Shown here piece by piece: positions 11,701 to 22,173 of a DNA stretch of 64,000 nt. The position numbers were made by a program, and so were the translations under genes. Source of the stretch: Phoronis australis (Eukaryota; Animalia; Phoronida); assembly GCA_002633005.1 (NCBI GenBank), contig NMRA01000096.1, forward strand, positions 62,001-126,000, written 5' to 3'. Numbering within the stretch: the first letter of the stretch is position 1; each line of letters opens with the position of its first letter. The notes under the pieces are model-generated. The model saw only the letters and a list, made by a program, of their open reading frames with translations, did no database searches and was not told where the DNA came from.

Positions 11701-14700
11701 TATAAATATGTGGGCACATAAAAAGACTAACTAAATCGGGAGGCATTCTCCTTTAATGATGCTGACAATACAGTAACTTGTCAAAACAATGCAAATGGTA
11801 GTTTTAAGCACTGTGACAGCCAGCAGTCTTGCAACTGGTACATGCATGAAGTCGCTGCAGCTGTGTATGAAAGTTAAAGTTAAAAATATTACACCAACTT
11901 TTTCCATATCCATGTGAACTTTAGACAGAGTTCATTCAAATTGTCGTACCTCTTATCCAAACTATAGTCTGACAGTCTGACGCGACCTCTGTGGTCCAGG
12001 AATACACAAGATGGCTGAAAACACACATAGATTTGTGTACTGAAAGTGGTTTCCTCACATTTTTGTGTAAAACATTTACAAAAAATCAGCTATGTGTCTT
12101 GCTTCTGCATAAGCAACTGCTGAGTCAGTTACTAAATATACAGTGTGTGTAATTTTCTTGACAGTTTGATTTGACCAGGTGTTCCTGTCATGACAGCACA
12201 CAGCAATGAATCATAGCACTTAATACATTATCACAATTTGCTGGGCCTTATAGCACAGACCACATGACTGCGTGGTGACAGCATCTGAGACCACATAACC
12301 ATGATGTAGTACTAACTTAGATCACATGACCATGTGATGACAGGCAGTAATATNTCGGAACACCGAGACGTTCTCCGCCTGGCTGCTGTTGCTGCAGCCT
12401 CCAGAAACACATCTCTTGATCCCTCTACGAACCTTCTCGACGCTAAATGTACTTTGCTTTCTCTTCACTCTATACACTTTGTCTCTGATCCGAACAGTAT
12501 GGCGAACGACTTGGGTTCAACCCATGACGTTGTACATAATTATTATTTTTTCAATTTTTGCGTGTTTATTTATGAGCTGTGCACTAAAGGCACTGAAATC
12601 TAGTAAGATATAATAATAAAATTTATTTTGAGGTACTAGAGTCATGTTGTGTACACTTTAATACATTATCACACTTTGCTGGGCCTTATAGCACAGACCA
12701 CATTACTGCGTGGTGACAGTATCTGAGACCACATAACCATGATGTAGTACTAACTTAGATCACATGACCATGTGATGACAGGCAGTAATATCGTAGGACC
12801 ACATGATGACAGCCCCTCAGATCATATGACCAAATGATGACAGACACTCAGATCATATGAGCACGTGATGATGGTAACTCAGGAAGCTTAGACTAACTCA
12901 CCCTGAGATCCTTGTGCACAACATCTTTACTGTGCAGGTAGGACAGAGATTCCACCAGCTCGCTGATGTACTGCCTCAGCTGGCTGATGGGAACTGGTTG
13001 TTTCCGTTTCAAGAATGTCTCCAAATTACCACCACCAACATACTCGGTTAGAACCTGATGAAGTGGACAAAACAGTGTTAAACTGCTAAAGTGGTCTCTC
13101 AACTAGAAACCGAGCAAGTAGGTCAAAAGGCACTTCCTGTGTGGGGAATCGGAAAATCAATGGTGAAATCTTTGAAATGTACATTGATGGAAAAATATGG
13201 ATTTTAAATGTGAATTTTGACAGAGTTAATCATACAATTTGTCAATAACTTGAGGACATGTGTAACAATGGAAAAATGGCCAACTTCGGAACACCACATC
13301 TCAGAAACGGTTGCACGCAAATTTCTCAATAACAATGTTGGGAATTTGTTTTAATAAGTTCCATGTATTGAATCAAGACAAATTAATTCCTCCAAGTTCT
13401 AATTACATATGCAAGCGTCACTCCAGAAGTGATGTTTGTGGCCCAAATCATTCCCGCCAGCTTTGTTTGTGAGATGATTAATTGTGGACATCTGTTGATT
13501 GTACACTCCTAGTTTCCAAAACTTTCTGCAATTATTTGTTTTTGACAAATATTATCGCATTATCTTAGATTGAACCGAAACTCAGTAGTGAGGGATTTGG
13601 TCATCATTTGATCTGCAATGGAAGAAAAATGACAAGAGCCAGCCACCACAAAAACACAAATTACGTAGATGGTGAAGCCGTGCAGGTTGCGGCCTAGGAC
13701 ACTATGGTGACTGTCCACACGCACAGGTGACACTCAACTTTAAAGCCTTGAGTCACGACTGTAGCTGCAGCTCATGACATTATGTTTTTCAAAAAAGCAC
13801 TCCTAGCAGGTGGCGATAGAGCAGAGACAGGAAATACTGATGGTATGGCATCTTTGTTCAGAGCATGTTTAGCAGGTACCATTATGATCTCTGTGTACAT
13901 GTCTTTTTCATTATCAGACAGTAAGAAATGTTTGGCGCACACAAGATTTTTTTTGCACAGTCTGCTTTAGCCATGGCGTGAACGGGTAACTCTACTTTCT
14001 TGACTTGAAACAGTCATCTCTGACAGACCTTGTTATCCACTGAAAATCAGCGAATCGGAACTCCTATATTCGCCAAGAGCTCATGATACATGCATCCCAG
14101 TATGGATCGACATCCAAGAAAATTTTTAAAAAATCAAAAAAAAGGCAAAAAATGGTCTAACTTCTACCAAGTTAAACGTACACAATAACGCATCCGATGT
14201 CAAACACAGTCCGGAGTGCGTGCAAACAAAGCTGGTGGAAAAGGATTGCGGCTGTGAACCCCACTTTTAGTGTGACGGCAGAACTTAATGAACTTGAAAA
14301 TTCATCTAGGATAGCCAAAAGATAACAATTTAACCAAAAATGGGTGCCTTATTCCTTAAATGAAAAATGGCCATGTAACTGATACCAACGCAGTGCTTTG
14401 AATGTGCTCTTCTTTGTTGCTAAGACATTATAAAGTGACCCAACGACTACAGTTCAATATCAAGCTCAAAACTTAAAATCTACATGTATCATACTTTTAT
14501 GTGGTTTTAAATTAATTCATTAACTTTTAAATACTAACAATCTAAATGCACAGACACTGATACCGAATATACATAACCTTAAGTGTAAACAAGCGCATCA
14601 CAGTAAAGACCAGGCAAAACAAGACAAATCAAATGAATGTTTTAACACATCACAACGGGCTAGTTATACTAATACTTACATACACTGTGACCTGTCCTAG

Positions 14701-17700
14701 CTCTTGACAGTAGTGCATAGCTAGGTAGTGGACTAAATTTCTGTGATTTAGCTTTAGCAATGACAGGAGCTCTTGTTCAATGCTATGAACCTATTGATGA
14801 AGAATTTTACAAACGTTAACTACTACTTCCAAGGACAACAAGTTCAACAGAAGGTGAACCTACAATGACTCAGGGAAACGTGTGATTCTCACATATCTGC
14901 TAAATAATTAACAAAAACACATTCAGCATTTAAGCACATCACATGAATTCAGCAAACAACAAACCACACCACAATTAGCATTGAGCTTACTTTTCCATCA
15001 TAGGTGAAAAGTGACATTATCATCTCAATAAGATACAATGAAATAACATAAGTTTAAAAGATACCTTTTTGCCTTTATTTCGCCAGTTCAGAATACTAAC
15101 ACAAATTTCACAATCAAAAGATTCTGAAGTTTGTAAATGAGACAGTCTCAATGCTTGGAAATTTCTTGATGGCAACCAATTCACCGTTATACTAGAAATC
15201 TAAAACTGATTCGTGACAAGTTCAAAGCCCCATCACTATGGCAGACTTTTCGACTCAATTGTTTTTTGTAATTATATAGTTCAGTATGTTGTAACACCAT
15301 CTTAGAGGTCCTCTTAACATTATGGATTCCACCAACACGTACCAGTTTACTATACTTGGCAGCCTCCTGTTCACATGACCGCTGGTCATCCAGGTCCAGT
15401 TTCCTACTGATCTGTCGCCATTTGACCTCCCACTCACTAATAGTGACCAGCTCACCTGTGTTGACATCCATGCCAGAGTAGACTGTACTGCCTCTGGGGC
15501 TGTGACCTGTCACATACAAGTATGAGCCTGCCACTTGAATGTTACCACTGAACAGGCAAATAGGAGCCTGTCACGCACATGATCACACTGAACAGTAAGA
15601 GCCTGTGACTCAGGTGTACACAAACTAATAGAAGCCTATCACATGAACACATCGACCAATCACAGCAGCCTGTCCCTCTATCACACATGACAGAATGACA
15701 AACTACATTAATTGTACATTGCGAATTGTCAAGTTTTCATATCCTGTACTGCAACAAATTTTTTCAACCTAATTTGTAATATAATGGAAAAATGAAATTT
15801 TAATAAGTGTGAACTGCCAAAACCGACTTACCCAAACATTTGCCTCTGAAGATCTCCCGTTTGCCCTTTGTGTCAAACATCAGTTTTCGGGTACCCATGT
15901 GATGTTGGCACATCAAAGCCTCATCAGAGTCATAAGACGGTGTACTTGTATTTCTACAACAGCAAGTGAGACCAAGTTAAATACACAAGCAGTTTTATAT
16001 TAGATCATGTTGATCATTCATTCATAAAAACTGCTTAACGTAAAAGACAAATTTTAAAAAACGACACAATTTAACAAAACAAAAATACCACCTGGGATCA
16101 ATATCCCTGACAGAGAACAAACATGAAACATTATAATAACTTGCTTTATATCAGAACATGAATTGTTTGTTCTCACACACACACCAATGCAAAGAAAACA
16201 GACTCATCACTGATGTGATGCAATGAAAATAATCAAACTAGTGTATGCGACGGCTTATGCGAGTACAACATATGTTAAATGACACATAAATGTAAATGAC
16301 AATAAAATTTCCAAAGAGCCTCAGAAGCGATACAAACCTTTTTCTTTGATAGACTTGAATGGTGTCCCCACTGCCATGACGGATCCGCCTTGGGGAGGGG
16401 GACATGCTAGCCCGGACCCTCTCCTTCTGCTCAGTGTCCATGACTATGGGGGTGAGGGGCTCTGAATGCACAGGGGTCCCCTCAGTTTTGTCTTCTAAGC
16501 TGTCCTTCTATATATAATAAGTAAGAAACTATCAGATAATGCCATTATAGAATGTGAAGGATTTAGTTAATAATATCAGACACATTCTCTTAATCATTAC
16601 TACAATGGACGTTGCCCAGAGGAAAGAGGCTATAATGAGAGGTATGCTCAAGGTTGCCTATAGTGGTATCTTTAGTAGTGGCACTATTAAGCATGAGAAG
16701 CATTTGCTGCAATGTAAAACGTGACTACAATTCGATCATTTTTCTGAAGTATTCTCGAAACATCCGATCTACAATGAGGGTCTCGTGACTACCCCATCTT
16801 TGTACATCTTTGAACATCAGAGTACGTCCACATGTTTAAAGCTGAACTAGGAGTCTTCAAATTTTTCAACGAATCTGTTTTTAAGATAATCCTCAATTAC
16901 GCCAAACACAAGTTACTGTTGGGGAGAGGCTACCTTTCTTGCCAGCTCCTTCCTTCTTCTTGTTTCTTCCCGAACAGCTTCCTGTTTCTCTTGAATCTCT
17001 TTATTGATTTGCTCACGCTAAAATAAATCATAATGAACTTAATTTGCTACAGTGACTCATGAAACTGAGCATACAAGTTTATGGTAGAGACTGTTTTATT
17101 ATGAAAATAGTTTACTAAGTTTATTATGGCACCTTCTCCTGGTGTTCGAATGCAAGAGATTGGCTTTTTGACTTGAATTTGCCTTCCTCGTGCCCTGAGC
17201 CCATTCACCTGAATTCCCATATCATCTTTCATGAGGTGCTGCTCTGTCAACCACTTTCATTTATTTGAGCCCCAAATCATTTTTCATTGCTACCAAAGTT
17301 CACCAAGTGTCACCTCCTACAGCACAACCATCCCCTTCCTGTTCCTTAGCCCTAAGCCACGTCTTCCACACTCTCTATCAAATTTTACCAAGTGCTGCTT
17401 TATAAACCACCATCATCCACATCCCATTCTTGACCCCAAAGCCTTTTCCTGTATTCATCATTAAGTTTCACCAAGTATTTTTCTATCAACGACTATCACC
17501 CATCACCTACGCCCCATTCTTGACCCCCAAACCCTTCTTCTACACTCATTATCAAATTTCACAAAGTACTGCTCCATCAACCACCATCACCCACATCCCA
17601 TTCTTGACCCTCAAACCCTTCTCCTAGATTCCTTCTTAAATTTAACCAAGTGTGGACTTCAGCACCACCATCCCCTTCCTGTACCTGTGCCCCAAATCCT

Positions 17701-20700
17701 CCGTCATATTTCACCAAGTGTTGTCACCTGAATCACCATCTATTCTCATGTCCTTCAGTCACATCTTACCTCCTTCTCTGCCTTCCGTCTCATCATCTCC
17801 AACCTCTTCTGCTCTTCCACAGCTTCTTTCTCCTCCCGCTTCTTCTTGTTGCTCACCATCTCTTCGTAGAAAGACTTGGCCGGTGGTCGGTTGTTGGCAT
17901 GCAGAAACTCCTGCACATGTTGACTGAGCTCCAGTATCATCACCTTGTGGTAAAGCAGAATAGCTTGTAGAAAGGCTATGTTAACTATGTTAAAAACAGA
18001 GCTTTGTGGTAACACATGTTGACTTAACTTCAGTATCATCACCTAGAGGTGAAGTAAAATAGCTTGCAGAAAGCAATGTTAACTATGTTAACTACAGAGC
18101 TTCGTGGTAACACATGTTGACTTAACTTCAGTATCATCACCTAGAGGTGAAGCAGAATAGCTTGCAGAAAGCAATGTTAACTATGTTAAATACAGAGCTT
18201 TGTGGTAACACATGTTGACTTAACTTCAGTGTCATCACCTAGAGGTGAAGCAGAATAGCTTGCAGAAAGGCTATGTTAACTATGTTAAATACAGAGCTTT
18301 GTGGTAACACATGTTGACTTAACTTCAGTACCATCACCTAGAGGTGAGGTAGAATAGCTTGCAGAAAGGCTATGTTAACTATGTTAAATACAGAGCTTTG
18401 TGGTAACACATGTTGACTTAACTTCAGTATCATCACCTAGAGGTGAGGTAGAATAGCTTGTAAAAAGGCAATGATAACTTTGTAAGATACAGTGCTTTGT
18501 GGTCACACATATATCACCTAGAGGTAAAAAACAATAACTCTTATGGAAACACAACAGTGTAAGCTTTTTGCTTTGAGATTACATATGGCTGATTTACCAC
18601 AAGTATCATCACCAAGTGATGAAGTGGAACAGATTTAAATTTGTAAACAGGCAACACACCCATGTAAGCTGGTGTGCTTGGCAATAAAAAATGCTGACTC
18701 AGTAAATTGATAGTACCAATCCCTAGTGTTAGATTAGGAAAACTTGTTTACTGGTGAAAACAGCCATGTTGGCTAGTGTGCTTTGTAATCACACATGCTG
18801 ATTTAACCCCAGCACAAAAAATTGGTGGAAAAGTAGAATAAACTTGACTGTACAAAATTGAAGGCAACCACATAACTAACTGCACTTTGTGATCACACAA
18901 ACGTGACTAAGTTGATTGTCTATGCAATACCAAATGAGTTCATATTGAACTACTACAAGAGAGCCTACAGCAATGATGAAATTGAACCTGCTTGAAATAA
19001 TTTAATGGAAACTGCTGAAGCATAATGGTAGATGCTGCAATTTAAGTCTAGCCACAGCACTTCCTATTTTATCATCATTCTACTTTTTTCAAATTGAATG
19101 ATATGTTTTATGACATCAAGTGTGAAAAAAGATGTCAACAAAGAGGTTACCTCTCCTCTTAGATCTTTGGCTTTAGCAATCAGTTCATCAGCGAGACACT
19201 GCACTTGGTAGTTTGACAGACCTTTGGGGTTCTCTAAATGCATGACTGGCACCCTTTAGAACAAAAACAGACAGATAACACATGAATTATATCAACAGGG
19301 GCATTTTTTGGTGGTGTAAATGTGTCATCGGATAAATAAGCTGCAAGTAAATTAATAAATAAGTGTAATTTTCTACAACTGTGCAAAAAGGCCATGTGTA
19401 ACAAAAAGCTTCTGCCAGTGAAAATAGTGCAAAGCAGTAATGCTATCTTTCACAAATAGTGCAGACTTTTTTCCAGAGATTCGTAGTACTACGCAGTTTA
19501 AAACAACTCACAGACTGTATGGCTTTCCAAACGTTCACAACGGGTTTTTGAAACAATCAAGCAGAGTCTGATTCAACATATCCATATTGTATTGGGCACA
19601 TTGTACTGCATACTAGACTAGTAATTTTTTTAACTGACCAATGCATATAAAAACTTTAAATACATAACATTAGAACTAGCAATCTAGAATGTGGTCTAAG
19701 TTTTTATGATACTGAAGGCACATGGACACAAACTTGATGAGTCATAGTAATACCATCACACTCACTCATTAGGATAGTTCTTTGAGCAATGCACACACAG
19801 GTCCACAGTTACGTATGCATTACACTGGCCACCCATACTTTGCTGAGGCTGGAGGGCAATGCGCACATCAAGAGGCCTCCACACCTATCAAAAACTCAGA
19901 GAATTAGACTAGTCCTATTCTGTTTCCAGTGGCCGACTCAGCCTGAACAAGCCAGGCACTTCTATAAAGCGAGCTATAGGATCAGCAGAATTTGTCAACA
20001 GTACAACTAAACCATCTTAGTATTAACTAATCAGTATTTCCAACAGATAACAAGAGAGTGAACTATCTGCAAAGGATGAATTGCATGCGCCACGATGGTC
20101 TAAGCAGTAACTGCATAGTACGAAAATCACTTTCCAAAGACAAGAACTAATCGTCCAGAGTAATGTACGCTGGAAACTTAGTTTGAAAACAACTCATGTA
20201 TCCACTTATAGCCCAGATCCAAAAAACCTTCATGTCATTTGACAAGGAAGTTGGGTATCACACTCGTGTCACAAAAGCTTGTCCATGCTCATTGTGCACG
20301 GCAGAAACTTAATGGCGATTAAACAGTGTAGTTGAAATTCTTTCCAACATCCCGCCATTTCTTGTATTGTAGTTTTTTGACCTGGTGAAAACTTCTTATT
20401 AATTAGCCAGAATTCAACTACCATTGGTCAAATTGCATTGGGTTTAAATATGAACTTGAGTGAAATAAAACAGCATCGTCACCCCAGGAACAGACTAAGG
20501 GACAGGCTCCATCTAGAGCATGCAGGGCATCTATCTAGGCGCCCCGTCTCCTAGTGAGGATGCCCTGTTCAACATTCGAACATCCAAGTAAGCAAGTAAG
20601 CATTAGGTATCTCTTTTAACTAGTTAACAACAGCTCTGGAAGCTCATTGGCCTAAACAGAATAAAAAAGTTAATGAAGATATCTAAGATACAGAAACTTT

Positions 20701-21743
20701 ATTGCAGACTCTTGTTTCCACGCGTAGCCATTGATCTCTCAGATTTAGGGCGAAATATCAGCCACATTCCTCTATGAAATATGTTTGAAAATCGTGCAAA
20801 GTTCCCCTCACCAAGGCCGAAACTCCCCTCAAGTAGTTAAAGAAATCTCCTCAAGGTTAGAATCACTTAACTCAAATAGGCGACGATTTGAAACAACACA
20901 ATATTCTATTTTTAGCTACTGAAAGCAGAGGCGATGATGGATGGAGACGCTATTGAGGGTGCTATTGGTGGTGACAGGGGAATATCCTCTAACACATAAA
21001 ATCCCATTCCCAGAAGGCACCATTACCTATCCCTTCAGGTAAATGAAGGCCATGCCACAGTAACATACCATCAATATCATACGAGAGTTACAAAAATCCC
21101 AACATGTGATATTGGTGATGGACAGCTTGAGAAACTGGGAAACGCAATTTCGGACATACTACCGAAGGATGCATATTGTGCAACCATAACGATGCATCTC
21201 TGCCCGGATACACCCATGTGGCCGGGCACTCAAGATTCAGACCTACCAAGCTCACATATTCTAGGAGCACATTACAAGGAAGCAGACCTTTTTAGTTTTG
21301 TGCAGCTGCAACAGCAATGTGTTGCCTGTATTTTCCACAGCAATGTTAGCAATTAAGTGTGAGTGTAGTAAAATCCGAGATTACCCAAACAGGGAATCGA
21401 ACCAGCGAACCTGATAAAACCAACAAGCGTGCTAACCATTCAGCTAACAAAAGTAACAGGCTGGCAACAGCCTGTTGTTTCGTTAGAGAATGGCCAACAG
21501 AGGCTCATATGATTCATCAGAAGCACTTAATGACATGATATTTGATGCTAAGGTTGGATATTCTAGGCTTAACCAAAGGCATTACTCATCATCATGACAT
21601 ATGAACAAGTTTATTGGGATTTCATTTGTGTTCATTTTCACCTTCCATGCATCTGTCTGCCGAACGTCCGTGACGTCGTCCATGAAAATGGCCTTCAAAA
21701 CTTCTAGCTCATTCTCCTGTCTCTCTTCTAGCGTCTCTTCCAT
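2709..21743 (-). CDS. EIF2AK4: eIF2-alpha kinase GCN2, 5' part (RWD domain, charged linker, pseudokinase domain); gene continues beyond the left edge
   Basis: 14 GT-AG exons with consistent phases: 21642-21743 (MEETLEERQENELEVLKAIF), 19766-19884 (VDLCVHCSKNYPNE), 19151-19253 (VPVMHLENPKGLS), 17770-17943 (VMILELSQHVQEFLHANNRPPAKSFYEEM), 16934-17017, 16338-16507, 15832-15953 (RGKCLG), 15343-15506, 14680-14790 (EQELLSLLKLNHRNLVHY), 12902-13054 (TEYVGGGNL...YLHSKDVVHKDLR), 11950-12014 (VRLSDYSLDKR), 5064-5175 (GKKADVYNL), 4368-4468 (IPSHLPADLQDFLTK), 2709-2848 (CLLKDERHRWSTFELLEHDFL). About 573 codons. RWD followed by a degenerate kinase is the GCN2 architecture. Confidence 0.95.
3428..3550. repeat. 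20-bp minisatellite x~6
   Basis: Unit tcaagcttggacaatattgt, containing the palindromes AAGCTT and ACAATATTGT. Confidence 0.8.
4111..4323. mobile_element. Tc1/mariner/pogo-type MITE
   Basis: 24-bp TIRs CCGTAATCGTTCGGGTTAACGCCC / GGGCGTTAACCCGAACGATTACAG (1 mismatch), TA on both flanks, internal ttaaccgccc repeats. Confidence 0.85.
5364..5453. other. Assembly gap (90 N) between C-rich runs
   Basis: Run of N in the sequence. Confidence 0.98.
5518..5670 (-). mobile_element. ~155-bp GC-rich MITE (CAGTGG.GGAT...ATCCGCC family)
   Basis: Reverse-complement homolog of 25407-25564; related termini at about 22517-22814. Confidence 0.65.
9182..9522 (+). pseudogene. Frameshifted KolX / P2X7-ballast-like (Nanor-like) Cys-rich ORF remnant
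   Basis: Across frameshifts reads GLTSYQFELEFTDQEIQERRL ... NRLNDLSWCQCANCTIMETTE ... CHEIPQV ... CLTDHP ... NRSLTNE, followed by a mutated donor-like ataagt. Confidence 0.75.
9648..9951 (-). pseudogene. THAP zinc-finger remnant (N-terminus of the Kolobok transposase)
   Basis: MEWCILPTCANY (C-x4-C), LWKW, RVCGRHF (C-x-x-H-F) and LVPSVF (AVPTIF-box-like) in successive frames. Confidence 0.75.
10090..11724 (-). mobile_element. Non-autonomous Helentron-associated element (HINE/DINE-1/CvA-like) with internal tandem core repeats
   Basis: Minus-strand 5' end TTTTTATGTGCCCAC with an adjacent inverted copy, then a (GTCC/GTCT)n microsatellite, several diverged core repeats, 3' subTIR GTGGGCGCAT and a CTCTTGTT terminus. 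Homologous to 1-1399. Confidence 0.75.
12355..12657 (-). mobile_element. One end of a second Kolobok-like element with the start of a THAP ORF, cut off at an assembly N
   Basis: Minus strand begins TTAA|AGTGTACAC. The ORF at 12537-12355 reads MYNVMG*TQ...KRCVSGGCSNSSQAENVSVFR (THAP C-x4-C) and ends at the single N at 12354. Confidence 0.6.
17235..17750. repeat. Degenerate ~65-80-bp tandem repeat in GCN2 intron 4
   Basis: Recurring aaatttcaccaagtg...caaccaccatc...cccattcttgacccc motifs. Confidence 0.6.
17913..18520. repeat. 98-99-bp tandem repeat (~6 copies, degenerate copies to about 18910) spanning the GCN2 intron 3/exon 4 boundary
   Basis: catcacct motif with cac ending at 17943, 18042, 18140, 18238, 18337, 18436 and a degenerate copy at 18517. 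Confidence 0.9.
21381..21454 (-). mobile_element. tRNA-derived SINE head remnant
   Basis: Minus strand TAGCTGAATGGTTAGC (A box) ... GGTTCGATTCCC (B box); no intact cloverleaf. Confidence 0.5.
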
Positions 21744-22173
21744 TGCTATTGTCCTGCAAATGTCATCAATAAAATCTAAACTCCATAGTTATGTAAACAC
21801 CCTCACAAATATCACAGTCAATCACACAATTTAAAATTCTGGTCAGTAGTGTTGTTTTTGTTGAACAGGTGTACGAACCATCATACATTTTACAATAAAT
21901 ACATGATATCTTCTGATAATTATTTAATTTTTAACTTGTAAGCTGTATAAACATACTTTAGAGTATTCAGCAGAATAAAATTTAATACGCCTAAACAGTT
22001 TATACAATTTAATGTTTATTTCCGCATTATATTAAATAATTTTGGGATAGTCAGTGGAACAACTTTTTTATCTTTACAGTGGAGAGTTCTATTTCGTGTT
22101 TGCAGACAACTTTTGTCGGCTTGGGCAGTTAGGTTGAGAGTTGTCTTGAGAATGAGCTGCAGATACTGTGAAC
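21744..22173. promoter_or_regulatory. Head-to-head intergenic region / probable bidirectional promoter of EIF2AK4 and the hydrolase gene
   Basis: The two divergent start codons are only 430 bp apart. Confidence 0.5.

Larger units (their letters stand above)
6928..11752. mobile_element. Decayed, internally deleted Kolobok-type DNA transposon in a GCN2 intron, with a nested HINE
   Basis: TTAA at 6924-6927 and 11753-11756 (target-site duplication). 15-bp TIRs AGGAGAACGCCACCC / GGGAGGCATTCTCCT (2 mismatches). Convergent THAP and Cys-rich ORF remnants inside. Confidence 0.8.

Noticed and set aside
13101-14290. Possible further non-autonomous elements (aactagaaac start; ttaaagcc...gaacttaa)
   Set aside because: Termini are too degenerate to define boundaries or a TSD.
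20480-21300. Moderately GC-rich, coding-looking intronic stretch (possible retroelement remnant)
   Set aside because: No recognisable RT, endonuclease or transposase motif in the frames I read.
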